NCBI GenBank assembly: GCA_030262895.1
Contig: JAJSZW010000002.1
Location: forward strand, 11,692 to 75,691
Length of the DNA: 64,000 nt
Direction of reading: 5' to 3'
DNA from: Deltaproteobacteria bacterium
Lineage (GTDB): Bacteria; Desulfobacterota; Desulfobacteria; Desulfobacterales; ETH-SRB1
Shown piece by piece: positions 54,813 through 63,971 of the stretch; within the stretch, counting starts at the first letter, position 1; every line of letters begins with the position of its first letter. The notes beneath the pieces were generated by a model. That model did no database searches. It was not told where the DNA came from and worked only from the letters and a program-made list of their open reading frames with translations. Both the position numbers and the translations under genes were made by a program.

Positions 54813-55571
54813 TTGTTACAAAAATTGAAAAAACAGACAGATAATATTTTTGTTGTTGGCACTGATACCGGAGTAGGAAAAACGGTTCTATCTCTTTTGC
54901 TGATGCAGTTTTTTTATGCGAATGGTTGTATGCCTTTCTATATAAAGCCGATTCAAACAGGATGCAGCGATCCTTATGATAAAGACAGTGATGCAAGGTT
55001 CATTTATAAGCATGTAAAGCAGTTGACTAAAAAAGATCCTTCAGATTCAATAGTCTATTGTTTCAGAGAGCCTAAAGCCCCTTATTTTGCTTCCCGCAAT
55101 GAGGGGAAAACTATTGAGTTAAAGGCAATACAGAATGCTTTGGATAAAAAGAGCCGGATTTATTCTCCAGTTATAATGGAGGCTGCCGGCGGGCTTCTTG
55201 TACCGGTCAACGAAAATACATTAATGATAGATCTTATCAAGATGACAGGAGCAAAGCCAATTATTGCCGCCCGTGCCGGACTGGGCACGATCAACCATAC
55301 TCTCCTTACAATAGAGGCTTTGTATAAAAGGCATATTAAACCGCTCGGAGTAGTTTTTATAGATGCTGGAGCAAAGCCTGCACCACAGGATATGATAAGC
55401 GAAAATATTGAGGCTGTTGAAAGTTATTCCAGCATAAAAGTTGCCGGAGTAATCAGCAGAATCAAGGATTTTTCAAACCCGGAAAAAAAATGCTATCAGC
55501 CGATAGAAAGAATATGCAGTTCACAGGTGTCAGAGGTAGGGAACTTTTTATCAGGGCTTTCGGTTTCATAG
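54813..55571 (+). CDS. bioD: Dethiobiotin synthetase
   Basis: IFVVGTDTGVGKT P-loop. The TTG start is uncertain. Confidence 0.85.
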   Translation: MLQKLKKQTDNIFVVGTDTGVGKTVLSLLLMQFFYANGCMPFYIKPIQTGCSDPYDKDSDARFIYKHVKQLTKKDPSDSIVYCFREPKAPYFASRNEGKTIELKAIQNALDKKSRIYSPVIMEAAGGLLVPVNENTLMIDLIKMTGAKPIIAARAGLGTINHTLLTIEALYKRHIKPLGVVFIDAGAKPAPQDMISENIEAVESYSSIKVAGVISRIKDFSNPEKKCYQPIERICSSQVSEVGNFLSGLSVS

Positions 55572-55790
55572 GATTTTGCCTTATCCCAACGATTCGGATT
55601 TATCTCGGCACGAGGATGCCATGGTTAGGCTATGATTTTTCCATAAGCGAATAGTTGATAGTTAAGATCCGGCCTCAACTCACGCCTCGCGTTAAGTGCG
55701 TAGACCTGACCCATTCCAATTCAAGCTTTGATACCAATTCTTTTGGTTGAGTTTGCCGGAACGTATTACGAAGGATTTATGCCCATTGTT

Positions 55791-55909
55791 GATGGTCTCG
55801 TAAAAAGTCCCAACATTTTATTTTGACCGCAACATATAGTATCGTCGTCTTATATTACACCTATATGTTGTGGTAAGAAATCGGTTTTCCGACTTTTTAC
55901 GAGACCATC
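55791..55909. repeat. MITE-like nested palindrome: perfect 19-bp arms gatggtctcgtaaaaagtc / gactttttacgagaccatc
   Basis: Verified base by base. Inner arms are caacatatag / ctatatgttg. A collapsed relative (tttcgtaaaaattagactttttacaaag) lies at ~51469-51496. Confidence 0.85.
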
Positions 55910-56224
55910 ATTGTTGGTTGTCCGAATTGCAATCAAGATGTTCTCCGATGGCATATCCATAGCGTTGCTCCCTTTTGGGGAGGTAATGAAATGTCACGTT
56001 TTTGTGATTGGCGCTATCCTTTTCCAGCGGCAGAACGGCGAGGGCCATCCCCCCTCCTGATTTTTTGAAGCGAGATATGGGTCCCAGTGGATACGTCTGC
56101 CCCATTTATCCTCAATTTTCTCCCCTCTTGGGGAAAAGACCCCCAGGCCGCCTTCTCAATATCTGGGGCCTTCAAGCCCAGCGCCCTCCATTTTCGCCCC
56201 ACGAGCTGCCCCCACAATATCATG

Positions 56225-56268
56225 AGGTCAAATTTGCCTTGACACACAAGGTCAATTTTGCCTATACT
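56225..56268 (+). promoter_or_regulatory. Sigma-70-like promoter flanked by two direct-repeat operator-like boxes
   Basis: AGGTCAAATTTGCC, TTGACA, a spacer containing AGGTCAATTTTGCC, then TATACT (18-nt spacer). It lies ~190 bp upstream of ORF 56452. Confidence 0.45.
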
Positions 56269-56451
56269 TTTTCCTCAAAATGGAATTTTTTATCACGCCT
56301 CCTGGCGGCACTTCGCCTACTCCTAATTATGGTGAAGCGCAAAGTGTGGAGTAACCTTCTGATTTTATCCATAATGGAAGAGTCGCTTAAGGAGTTGCGG
56401 AAAACACGGAATATAGAACGGAATATATATAGAAATGAAGTGCCTTAAAAC

Positions 56452-57429
56452 ATGATTCCTAAATCCACTATTCTCAGTACCATACTGAATCAGCTCAAGG
56501 CCGAAAATGACTCAGTAGATGTTGCTTATGCACACAACTTCATTTTCGAGGAACGTGTATCAGCAGATCGGCATAGGAATTACGAAGATTCTTATTCTCC
56601 TGATCAACCGGATCTCAGGAGTTGGAAAGTAAGCCACACGCGATATGTCAAAGATAGGATCCAGGTGCATCGAACACCGGATACGTTTACCCTGCTTAAC
56701 CAAGAATCTCTATTGTTGGGATTGGCTGAGGAACAATACATCCTGCGAATAGAGCGTTTGGACGGAGCATTGGGAGGTATGGGTTACAATCTTGCCGATT
56801 TTGCCGACCACTTGGACAATTGGCGAACTACGAATGATCACGAGGAAAAGGAAAACGCTTTCGCCTTTCTGGATGACTTCTGCATACACTGGAATAGTAA
56901 TGTGCGAAGGGATGAACGGCCCGCCTTTGCAGCCTTTTATGACGAACTGGAGGAAGATATAGGAGATTCAGGATGGCCTGATAGGTTGCGCAATCGGCTG
57001 GGACTATCCCATTACGATGTTCTTTCTGTGACCAATGTAATTCCTGTGGCATTGATGCGTTACAGGGTGTCGAAGGTATTGCAGGACTTGATGCCACAGA
57101 AAAAGGAGCGGGCATTTTCTGTCCCTACAGTGCTTGATTCGGAGTTAAATGCCCATTTCTTTCCTTCTCCAGGAAATACTGAGTATGGGCATACTCTCGA
57201 CCTTGAACCGGATCCTGATTGTGAAAGACTGGTGAGTGAGATATTGCACAGGCGTATTGATTACCATCCCGATGACATCTATAAATTGGGTAACATTACA
57301 ACTCCGATTCCACCTTATTACACTGGTGATGCTTTTGCCAGGCTTCGCAATGGTCACCTTTTCTGCCTTCGCTACGAAAGTGGAATAGATGCTTTTGGCG
57401 AGGACATTCAAGAACATGGAAATAGTTAA
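56452..57429 (+). CDS. Hypothetical protein (325 aa), no recognisable domain
   Basis: Clean ORF, GC-richer than the flanks, overlapping the downstream TPR gene. Confidence 0.5.
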   Translation: MIPKSTILSTILNQLKAENDSVDVAYAHNFIFEERVSADRHRNYEDSYSPDQPDLRSWKVSHTRYVKDRIQVHRTPDTFTLLNQESLLLGLAEEQYILRIERLDGALGGMGYNLADFADHLDNWRTTNDHEEKENAFAFLDDFCIHWNSNVRRDERPAFAAFYDELEEDIGDSGWPDRLRNRLGLSHYDVLSVTNVIPVALMRYRVSKVLQDLMPQKKERAFSVPTVLDSELNAHFFPSPGNTEYGHTLDLEPDPDCERLVSEILHRRIDYHPDDIYKLGNITTPIPPYYTGDAFARLRNGHLFCLRYESGIDAFGEDIQEHGNS

Positions 57430-59896
57430 AAAATTATCAAAGGAACACCCGTGGCTTACCGGGTTCCGGCAGAAGCCAGATACTGCATTAGATGAGTTAT
57501 TGCGGGGCATTGCATTTATTTCACCATATGAGCGAGCCGAGTCCGCGGATGTATTGGTAACTTTTTTTTCTGCTCTCAACGACGGGGATCCGCTACTAAA
57601 AAGTCTTGACCAAACACTCACTAAATGGCTGAAGAAACGCCGACAGGACGGTCCGGCTGTAAGGCATGCCTATGGGGTGGATCGTTATCTCGAAGAGTTG
57701 ATTCAGGCGCTGAGCGCCGTTTACCGCTTGTTGCTTCCGCTAACCGCAGACTACTTGCGCGAGAACCTCACTTATTATCAGGGTTGGTTAGTACCTTTGA
57801 ATAAGGGGCCTGGTCAGGATCCTGCCAGTGAATTGTGGAGGGTTATGGCTCTGATCCAACCGGACAGGCGTTTTCTCAAGGACTGGTACCATTTGTGCGC
57901 GGAGGCGGATCACACCCTGCCCATCAATTACCAGTCCCTGGGATTACTTGGTCTGCGGATGATGCCTGAAGAAAACGGTGAGCAAATTGGCCGGTTAAAG
58001 ACCGAATTGCTGGCCGGTCTTTTTCGCTGGGCCTCAAGACTCCAGGATAATAAACCAAACCAGCGTGTATTCATTCGTCAAATCCGCATGATTAAAGTCC
58101 TCTACCCGCGAACTTTAAAAATATGGCGAGAGCGGCTTGCACCGCTCATACAGCAATACAAAGGGACGGGGGCCGCGTTCCTGCCTTGGCTTGAAAAGGC
58201 GGGAATAAAAAATATTAAGACGGGCAGGATAAAGGGCGCAGTATCATTACCAGCCTATGCCAGGAGAGGGAATCTTTTGAAGCGCTTGAAACAGAAAAAG
58301 TTCCAAGACATCCTGCCCGACATCCGCAAGTTGATAACAGAGCACGAACGTTATGCCGAAGCCACGGGGGATGCCGGTTATCTGGTAAAAACCGCGTGTG
58401 ATTTTTCCAGGCTCTTGTTGAAGAAGGAGCCTTCATATGCCCTGGAATTAGCCAGAACGGCCAATCGCTGGCAGCCTTCGAACTATTTTTCCTGGAGCCT
58501 TTTGGCCAGGGCATTGGAGAAACTTTATAAGGACGAACTGGCTGAAATAGTCTATTGGGAGGCAATGAGGAGATTTCCGGAAAATGTGTACTTCCGGAAC
58601 CAATTGTCGGGACTTCTCGTCCGCCCTCGTGTCGGCCGACACGAGGTAGCGGAGAAACTCCTTTGGGAAACCATGGATCGTTTTCCGAATGATGAAGTGT
58701 GCCGCAACGCTTTGGCCGAATTACTCGCCAAGAGCGGCCGGGAGAAGGACGCGGAAGATATCCTTTGGGAAACCATGGTTCGTTTTCCGAATGATAAGGT
58801 ATGCCGAGTGGCTTTGGCCGAATTACTCGCCAAGAGCGGCCGGGAGAAGGACGCGGAAGATATCTTTCGGAAAACTATGGATCGTTTTCCGAATGATGAA
58901 GTGTGCCGCAACGCTTTGGCCGAATTACTCGCCAAGAGCGGCCGGGAGAAGGACGCGGAAGATATCTTTCGGAAAACTATGGATCGTTTTCCGAATGATG
59001 GAGTGTGCCGTGTGGCATACTGTTTTTGGTTGCTTCGCTGGAGACGGACTTCGAAGGAAGCAAGCACCTTTTATGATAAGGAAATTGTTTCATTGCCTGA
59101 AAGTCCTCGTAAAGCCAAATTAAGGGAATTATTAGAGAAAGGCAAGGTATACGATGTTAGCGAAATTGAGGTTCCGGATTTGTGGGATCTTATGGATGAG
59201 ATAAACGTCTTAGATGTGCCGGAACATATGCAAGTCAAGGAACCCGAATTAGGCGACGATGTAAGTGTTCCAGAAACACCCAAGCCGCAACCCACTGAAG
59301 AAATAGACGTTAATCAGGAATATCTGCCTTTGAGAGAAAATATGTTGGTGAGCCGTGCTGATTTATTCCTCCGCACCAGCGATGATGAAAAAGAGCAGGA
59401 GGATGAGTTAGCTAAACTGAATGTGATTCTTGAGAATGATCCGGAGAAGATCTTTGCCCGTCTAGTGATTTCTCTATATGATGAAAACAGCAGGCAGAAA
59501 ATAGCCGACGAAGTTGATGCCTATTACCATGCCTATCCGTTGCGTTTTTTGGCTGCACGCGAAATCGACGACAAGAGACAATGGGATGAATTACTTCACG
59601 ATTTCCCTGAACATCGTTACTTGACAAGTCTTGGAAGGCTTGATTCCGAGGCGGTTGATGATATTGGCAACGAGGCGGTAAAATTGCGAAAATGGTCTGC
59701 GACGCATAACGGTAACGGAGATTTCGAGGAATTTGCCAAGCGCAAAGTACACGACTGGCTCTTCCAGAATATGGGGGAAGCTGTGGATATGGATATTCTG
59801 GCCGGTAACCTCAACAAAAATCGGGATAAGGTTGAAATATTCCTGAAAGACGGGCTGAAGCGCGCAGTTGACGAAAACGTATGTTACTCAATTTAA
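57389..59896 (+). CDS. Large TPR-repeat protein with an unknown ~400-aa N-terminal region
   Basis: Repeated 34-aa units ...TMDRFPNDEVCRNALAELLAKSGREKDAEDI.... An alternative start ATG at 57416 gives a 14-nt overlap with the upstream gene. Confidence 0.75.
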   Translation: MLLARTFKNMEIVKKLSKEHPWLTGFRQKPDTALDELLRGIAFISPYERAESADVLVTFFSALNDGDPLLKSLDQTLTKWLKKRRQDGPAVRHAYGVDRYLEELIQALSAVYRLLLPLTADYLRENLTYYQGWLVPLNKGPGQDPASELWRVMALIQPDRRFLKDWYHLCAEADHTLPINYQSLGLLGLRMMPEENGEQIGRLKTELLAGLFRWASRLQDNKPNQRVFIRQIRMIKVLYPRTLKIWRERLAPLIQQYKGTGAAFLPWLEKAGIKNIKTGRIKGAVSLPAYARRGNLLKRLKQKKFQDILPDIRKLITEHERYAEATGDAGYLVKTACDFSRLLLKKEPSYALELARTANRWQPSNYFSWSLLARALEKLYKDELAEIVYWEAMRRFPENVYFRNQLSGLLVRPRVGRHEVAEKLLWETMDRFPNDEVCRNALAELLAKSGREKDAEDILWETMVRFPNDKVCRVALAELLAKSGREKDAEDIFRKTMDRFPNDEVCRNALAELLAKSGREKDAEDIFRKTMDRFPNDGVCRVAYCFWLLRWRRTSKEASTFYDKEIVSLPESPRKAKLRELLEKGKVYDVSEIEVPDLWDLMDEINVLDVPEHMQVKEPELGDDVSVPETPKPQPTEEIDVNQEYLPLRENMLVSRADLFLRTSDDEKEQEDELAKLNVILENDPEKIFARLVISLYDENSRQKIADEVDAYYHAYPLRFLAAREIDDKRQWDELLHDFPEHRYLTSLGRLDSEAVDDIGNEAVKLRKWSATHNGNGDFEEFAKRKVHDWLFQNMGEAVDMDILAGNLNKNRDKVEIFLKDGLKRAVDENVCYSI
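58661..59010 (+). repeat. About 3.4 tandem copies of a 102-bp unit (one TPR each), nearly identical at nucleotide level
   Basis: Units at 58661-58762, 58763-58864 and 58865-58966, plus a partial fourth. Units 1 and 3 are identical over most of their length. Confidence 0.9.
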
Positions 59897-60000
59897 TTCG
59901 GGCTTTCGGGACGTTCATTAGCGCGGGCTTTCGTTCATTAGTTTATAAGTTACTGGGGGGCTGAATAGCTTAATTCGAGCGTTGCGCGATGATTGATATA

Positions 60001-60028
60001 CTTCAGCCTTCAGCCTTCAGCCTTCAGT
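60001..60028. repeat. Heptamer tandem repeat (CTTCAGC)x3 plus CTTCAGT between convergent genes
   Basis: Seen directly. The following motif ctatccacct resembles ctatcaacct after the 49031-49054 copy. Confidence 0.85.
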
Positions 60029-60044
60029 CTATCCACCTAAGTAT

Positions 60045-63000
60045 TCAAACCATTCTTTCAATTTCTTTTAACTTTTTATCAAGCTTTTTTTCAGAAACAG
60101 GAAAGGCGGTCTTTAGTTCCTGAGCAAAAATAGATACTTTATATTCTTCGATCAGCCAGAAGTATTCTTCAATTGCCTTTTTCTTTTCTTCTGATACTGA
60201 GGAAGAAAGCTTTTTTAACATTTCATTAAGTCCGTCAACATGAATTTTAAGTTTTTTTGCTTTTATCTCATCCTTTTCAAAGTTTACAGATGCTCTTTGT
60301 GCCCGGATACCAATTGCCTTGATATATCTTGCAATATGAGCCAGTCTCTCATTGTTGTATAAATCCATAAATCTTTCAGGAACAAGCCTTGACAGTTCGT
60401 TTCTCAGGCCATTAAAAAACTGCGCGGTATTGTTGCCTGGTTTGCTTGCATTTTCCAAATTGTAGATAGCTAATCTTGTTTCATGATAGACTTCAAAAAC
60501 CGGTAATATTTTGTTTATTAACTCCTGCCCTTTTTTAAGTATGTCTGATCCTATGGATCCGGCATATGAGTAAAAGTCATCTTCTGTTCTTATGTTTCTG
60601 CAAAATAATATGTTAATAGTACTATCATAAAGCCTTTGCTCAAAAATCTTCGCCCCTCCAAAATAGTTGGCTATCTTTTTCTTGTCTTTTGGCAGGATCA
60701 GGCTCTTTTTTAAAAATTTCAGATCCTTTGAAAAATATATGGCAAAAAGTGCTGCAACGCCCTTTTCATGAGATCTTATGGCTTCGTCCCTTTTCCGGAA
60801 AAGCCGCAACTTTATGCTTTTATTTTCTAATTCAAGGCCGGGATATACAACCCATTTTGTGCCGTGTTTCCCTGTTATGGTGATGGTGTCGGGCAAATCG
60901 CCAAAGTCCCATTTTGTTATGTTGATTATTTCTCGTTCTTTTTTTGCGCATTCAAATTCGTCAATTTTATCCTGATCCGCCATGCCGGATATATTTCGGC
61001 TCAGAATAGTTTTGTCTCTGCCGGAAGAGATAACCTCGCCTTTTGGACCAGTAATAGATATCCGCATTTTAAGATGATCGGGCAGTTGAGCCTCAGACCA
61101 TATCGAAGGAGGTATGTCCACCCTGAAGCGTCTAAGAATGAATTTGCTTAGAGCCGCTATCAGAGAGGTTGATTCCTCAGACATTTCATTTACAATTATA
61201 TCTACGGTATTTGCTACAGGGACAAGCTGTTTTCTGCAATCTTTGGGAAGACTTCTAATAAGTGCGGCTATTTTTTCCCTGTACAAGCCAGGTACAAGCC
61301 ATTCAACAGATTCTGCAGGAACAGTTGCCGCAAGTGCCGACGGAACTTTAATGGTTATACCATCGTCACGGCTTCCAGGTTCAAAACTGTAATTGCATTG
61401 AAACCGGTGGGTTCCCAAAGTAATCTTGTCGGGGAAAAGAGACAGTTCTTCTTCATCCGGAAAATATCGGAGAAGATCATCTTTTTTCATTCTCAGGAAT
61501 CCGTCCGTGCCTCTTTTCTTCAGGTGCTGTTTAAGGGTTCTGATATCATAAACTCCTTCAAGCCTTTTGTGATAAAAATCGAAAATATCTTCATCGCTTA
61601 TCAGAATATCCCTTTTTCTTAACCTGTTTTCCATGCTGCTGATTTCATCAATGAGCCTTCTATTATGCTCCATGAATGGTAAGGGTTTTCTAATATCCCC
61701 TTCAACCAGCGCACTGCGGATAAAAATTTCCGATGCTTCTTCAGAATTAATCCTTCCATAGGATATGGGCCTTTCGGGAACTATTACGAGGCCATACAGA
61801 CTTACCTGTTCACAGGCGACCACTTCGCCTCTACTTCTTTCCCAGTGCGGCTTCAGATAGGTATATTTGCACTGATTTTTACCCAGGGCCTCAAGCCATC
61901 TGCTGTCGATATTGGCAACCGTTCTGGCAAAGAGCCTGGATGTCTCCACCATTTCAGCAGCGACTATCCATGTTTTTGCTTTGTTGAAAAGCCCTGAGCC
62001 AGGAAAAATCATCACCCCTTTACCTTTTGCAGCCTGAAAGATGTTCTTTTCCTTTTTTACGGCAATGTTAGATAAAAAGCCGCTCAATATGGATTTATGG
62101 ATTGCTTCATATTGTTTGCTGTAAAATTCCTGTTCTGAACTATTTGCCTTGTCCGCCCCACGATCCCTGCCCCCTGTTCCCTGAACCCTGTTCCCTGAAC
62201 CCTGATCCCCGACCCCCGACCCCTGTTGTACAGCAGCAATCTGCGCATGGATATCACGCCATTCCCTTATCCTTTTAAAGGAAAGATAATGCTTTTTACA
62301 GAATTTTTTCATTCTGTTTGTACTTTTTTCCTTTTGCCGGACATCATGATATTTTTTCCAGATATTAAGCAGCGTAATAAAGTCAGACGAAGGATCACTG
62401 AATAATGCATGCATCCGGTCGGCTTCCTGAGTCTTTTCAACGGGTCTTTCACGCGGGTCCTGAATACTTAGAGCAGAGGCGATAACGGTGACTTCATTTA
62501 AGCACCCTTCCTGATCTGCTTCTATAAGCATCCGGGAAAGCCTTGGATCAACCGGCATTTGGGCCATAAGCCTGCCTTTTTCAGTAAGAAGAAAAACATC
62601 ACCTTCTTTTGATTTTTCGGCTTTTGATTTCTTGGCCCTTTTTACAGGTTTGATAGCTCCTAATTCTAATAGAAGATCAAATCCGTCGCGTATGCTTCTT
62701 GTGGCTGGCCTGTCTATAAAGGGAAAATCTTCTATGTTGCCAAGTTTTAAGGCAATCATTCTCAAAATAACTTCAGCAAGGTTTGCCCTTAAAATTTCCG
62801 GAGGTGTAAAAAGTGTGCGGGATGAAAAATCCTGTTCAGGATACAATCTTATACAGATCCCGTTTTCAACACGTCCGCATCTGCCTTTTCTCTGGTCAGC
62901 GCTGCTTCTGGATATAGGAACAACAGGGAGAGAGGTTGTTCTTGATCTTGGAGTGTAACGGGAAATACGTGCAAGTCCCGTGTCTATTACATATTTTATA

Positions 63001-63971
63001 CCCGGAATTGTTATTGAAGTTTCGGCAATATTTGTTGCAACAATGATCTTTCTGCCGGCCAGGCGTGAAAAGACTTTTGACTGCTCTGATGATGAAAGTC
63101 TTGCATACAGCGGAAGAATGATCGCACTTTTATAGTTTCTTCCTTCCAGGATTTCGCAGGTTTCGCGAATATCCTGCTCTGTGGGCATAAACACAATGAT
63201 ATCGCCGTAAAGACTTTTTTTCTGCAATTTATCAACAGCAAATGCAGCCATCTCAACATGAGTCCGTTCATCGCTGCCTTCAGATTCCTGTTCTATAGTA
63301 AAATATTGCACATCAACCGGGTACATACGTCCTGACACTTCTATAACAGGAGCATTATCAAATGCCTTTGAAAACTTTTCCGTATCAATGGTTGCGGATG
63401 TTATTATTACTTTAAGATCTTTTCTTTTCTTTAAAAGAGTTTTTAAAATGCCTATAATAAAATCAATATTAAGGCTTCTTTCATGTGCTTCATCCACTAT
63501 TATTGTGTCGTATTCGTTCAGATATTTATCGTTCCGGGTTTCAGCAAGAAGAATGCCGTCAGTCATAATCTTTATGAATGCATCCCCGCCGGTTTTATCC
63601 TTGAACCTTATTTTGTAGCCCACAGACTTGCCGAGCTCTTCTCCGAGTTCTTCTGCTATGCGCCTGGCCACAGTTGTGGCGGCAATCCTTCTGGGCTGGG
63701 TGCACCCGATCTTGCCGTCTATACCTCTTCCTGCTGCAATGCAGAACTTTGGTATCTGGGTGGTCTTGCCCGAACCTGTCTCGCCGGAGATTATCAACAC
63801 CTGGTTTTTTGAGATCAAATCAATTATTTCATTCTTTTTGTCTGTAATCGGAAGGCCGGGATTGTATGTTAAAGCAGGCGGGTTTTTTTCTCTCCACGCC
63901 TTTTTTTTGATAGAGGCATGAAGCTGTTTTTCAAGTTGAATAAATTTTTCTTTTATATTTTTATCAGACAA
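60045..63971 (-). CDS. hrpA: ATP-dependent RNA helicase HrpA (DEAH-box)
   Basis: GETGSGKTTQIPK and DEAHERS motifs, 1308 aa with a long HrpA-type C-terminal region. Confidence 0.9.
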   Translation of the reverse strand: MSDKNIKEKFIQLEKQLHASIKKKAWREKNPPALTYNPGLPITDKKNEIIDLISKNQVLIISGETGSGKTTQIPKFCIAAGRGIDGKIGCTQPRRIAATTVARRIAEELGEELGKSVGYKIRFKDKTGGDAFIKIMTDGILLAETRNDKYLNEYDTIIVDEAHERSLNIDFIIGILKTLLKKRKDLKVIITSATIDTEKFSKAFDNAPVIEVSGRMYPVDVQYFTIEQESEGSDERTHVEMAAFAVDKLQKKSLYGDIIVFMPTEQDIRETCEILEGRNYKSAIILPLYARLSSSEQSKVFSRLAGRKIIVATNIAETSITIPGIKYVIDTGLARISRYTPRSRTTSLPVVPISRSSADQRKGRCGRVENGICIRLYPEQDFSSRTLFTPPEILRANLAEVILRMIALKLGNIEDFPFIDRPATRSIRDGFDLLLELGAIKPVKRAKKSKAEKSKEGDVFLLTEKGRLMAQMPVDPRLSRMLIEADQEGCLNEVTVIASALSIQDPRERPVEKTQEADRMHALFSDPSSDFITLLNIWKKYHDVRQKEKSTNRMKKFCKKHYLSFKRIREWRDIHAQIAAVQQGSGVGDQGSGNRVQGTGGRDRGADKANSSEQEFYSKQYEAIHKSILSGFLSNIAVKKEKNIFQAAKGKGVMIFPGSGLFNKAKTWIVAAEMVETSRLFARTVANIDSRWLEALGKNQCKYTYLKPHWERSRGEVVACEQVSLYGLVIVPERPISYGRINSEEASEIFIRSALVEGDIRKPLPFMEHNRRLIDEISSMENRLRKRDILISDEDIFDFYHKRLEGVYDIRTLKQHLKKRGTDGFLRMKKDDLLRYFPDEEELSLFPDKITLGTHRFQCNYSFEPGSRDDGITIKVPSALAATVPAESVEWLVPGLYREKIAALIRSLPKDCRKQLVPVANTVDIIVNEMSEESTSLIAALSKFILRRFRVDIPPSIWSEAQLPDHLKMRISITGPKGEVISSGRDKTILSRNISGMADQDKIDEFECAKKEREIINITKWDFGDLPDTITITGKHGTKWVVYPGLELENKSIKLRLFRKRDEAIRSHEKGVAALFAIYFSKDLKFLKKSLILPKDKKKIANYFGGAKIFEQRLYDSTINILFCRNIRTEDDFYSYAGSIGSDILKKGQELINKILPVFEVYHETRLAIYNLENASKPGNNTAQFFNGLRNELSRLVPERFMDLYNNERLAHIARYIKAIGIRAQRASVNFEKDEIKAKKLKIHVDGLNEMLKKLSSSVSEEKKKAIEEYFWLIEEYKVSIFAQELKTAFPVSEKKLDKKLKEIERMV
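62156..62225 (-). repeat. In-frame heptanucleotide tandem repeat inside hrpA (about 9 x TCAGGGN on the coding strand), encoding a G/S/Q-rich linker
   Basis: The coding strand reads caggggtcgggggtcggggatcagggttcagggaacagggttcagggaacagggggcagggatcgtgggg. This corresponds to protein QQGSGVGDQGSGNRVQGTGGRDRGAD. Confidence 0.85.

Noticed and set aside
55908-56448. Three mutually overlapping short ORFs: 55908-56105 (-), 56014-56247 (-) and 56008-56448 (+)
   Set aside because: They overlap one another on both strands. Their translations are Pro/Gly/Arg-rich and motif-free. The region more likely holds degenerate remnants plus the promoter at 56225-56268.
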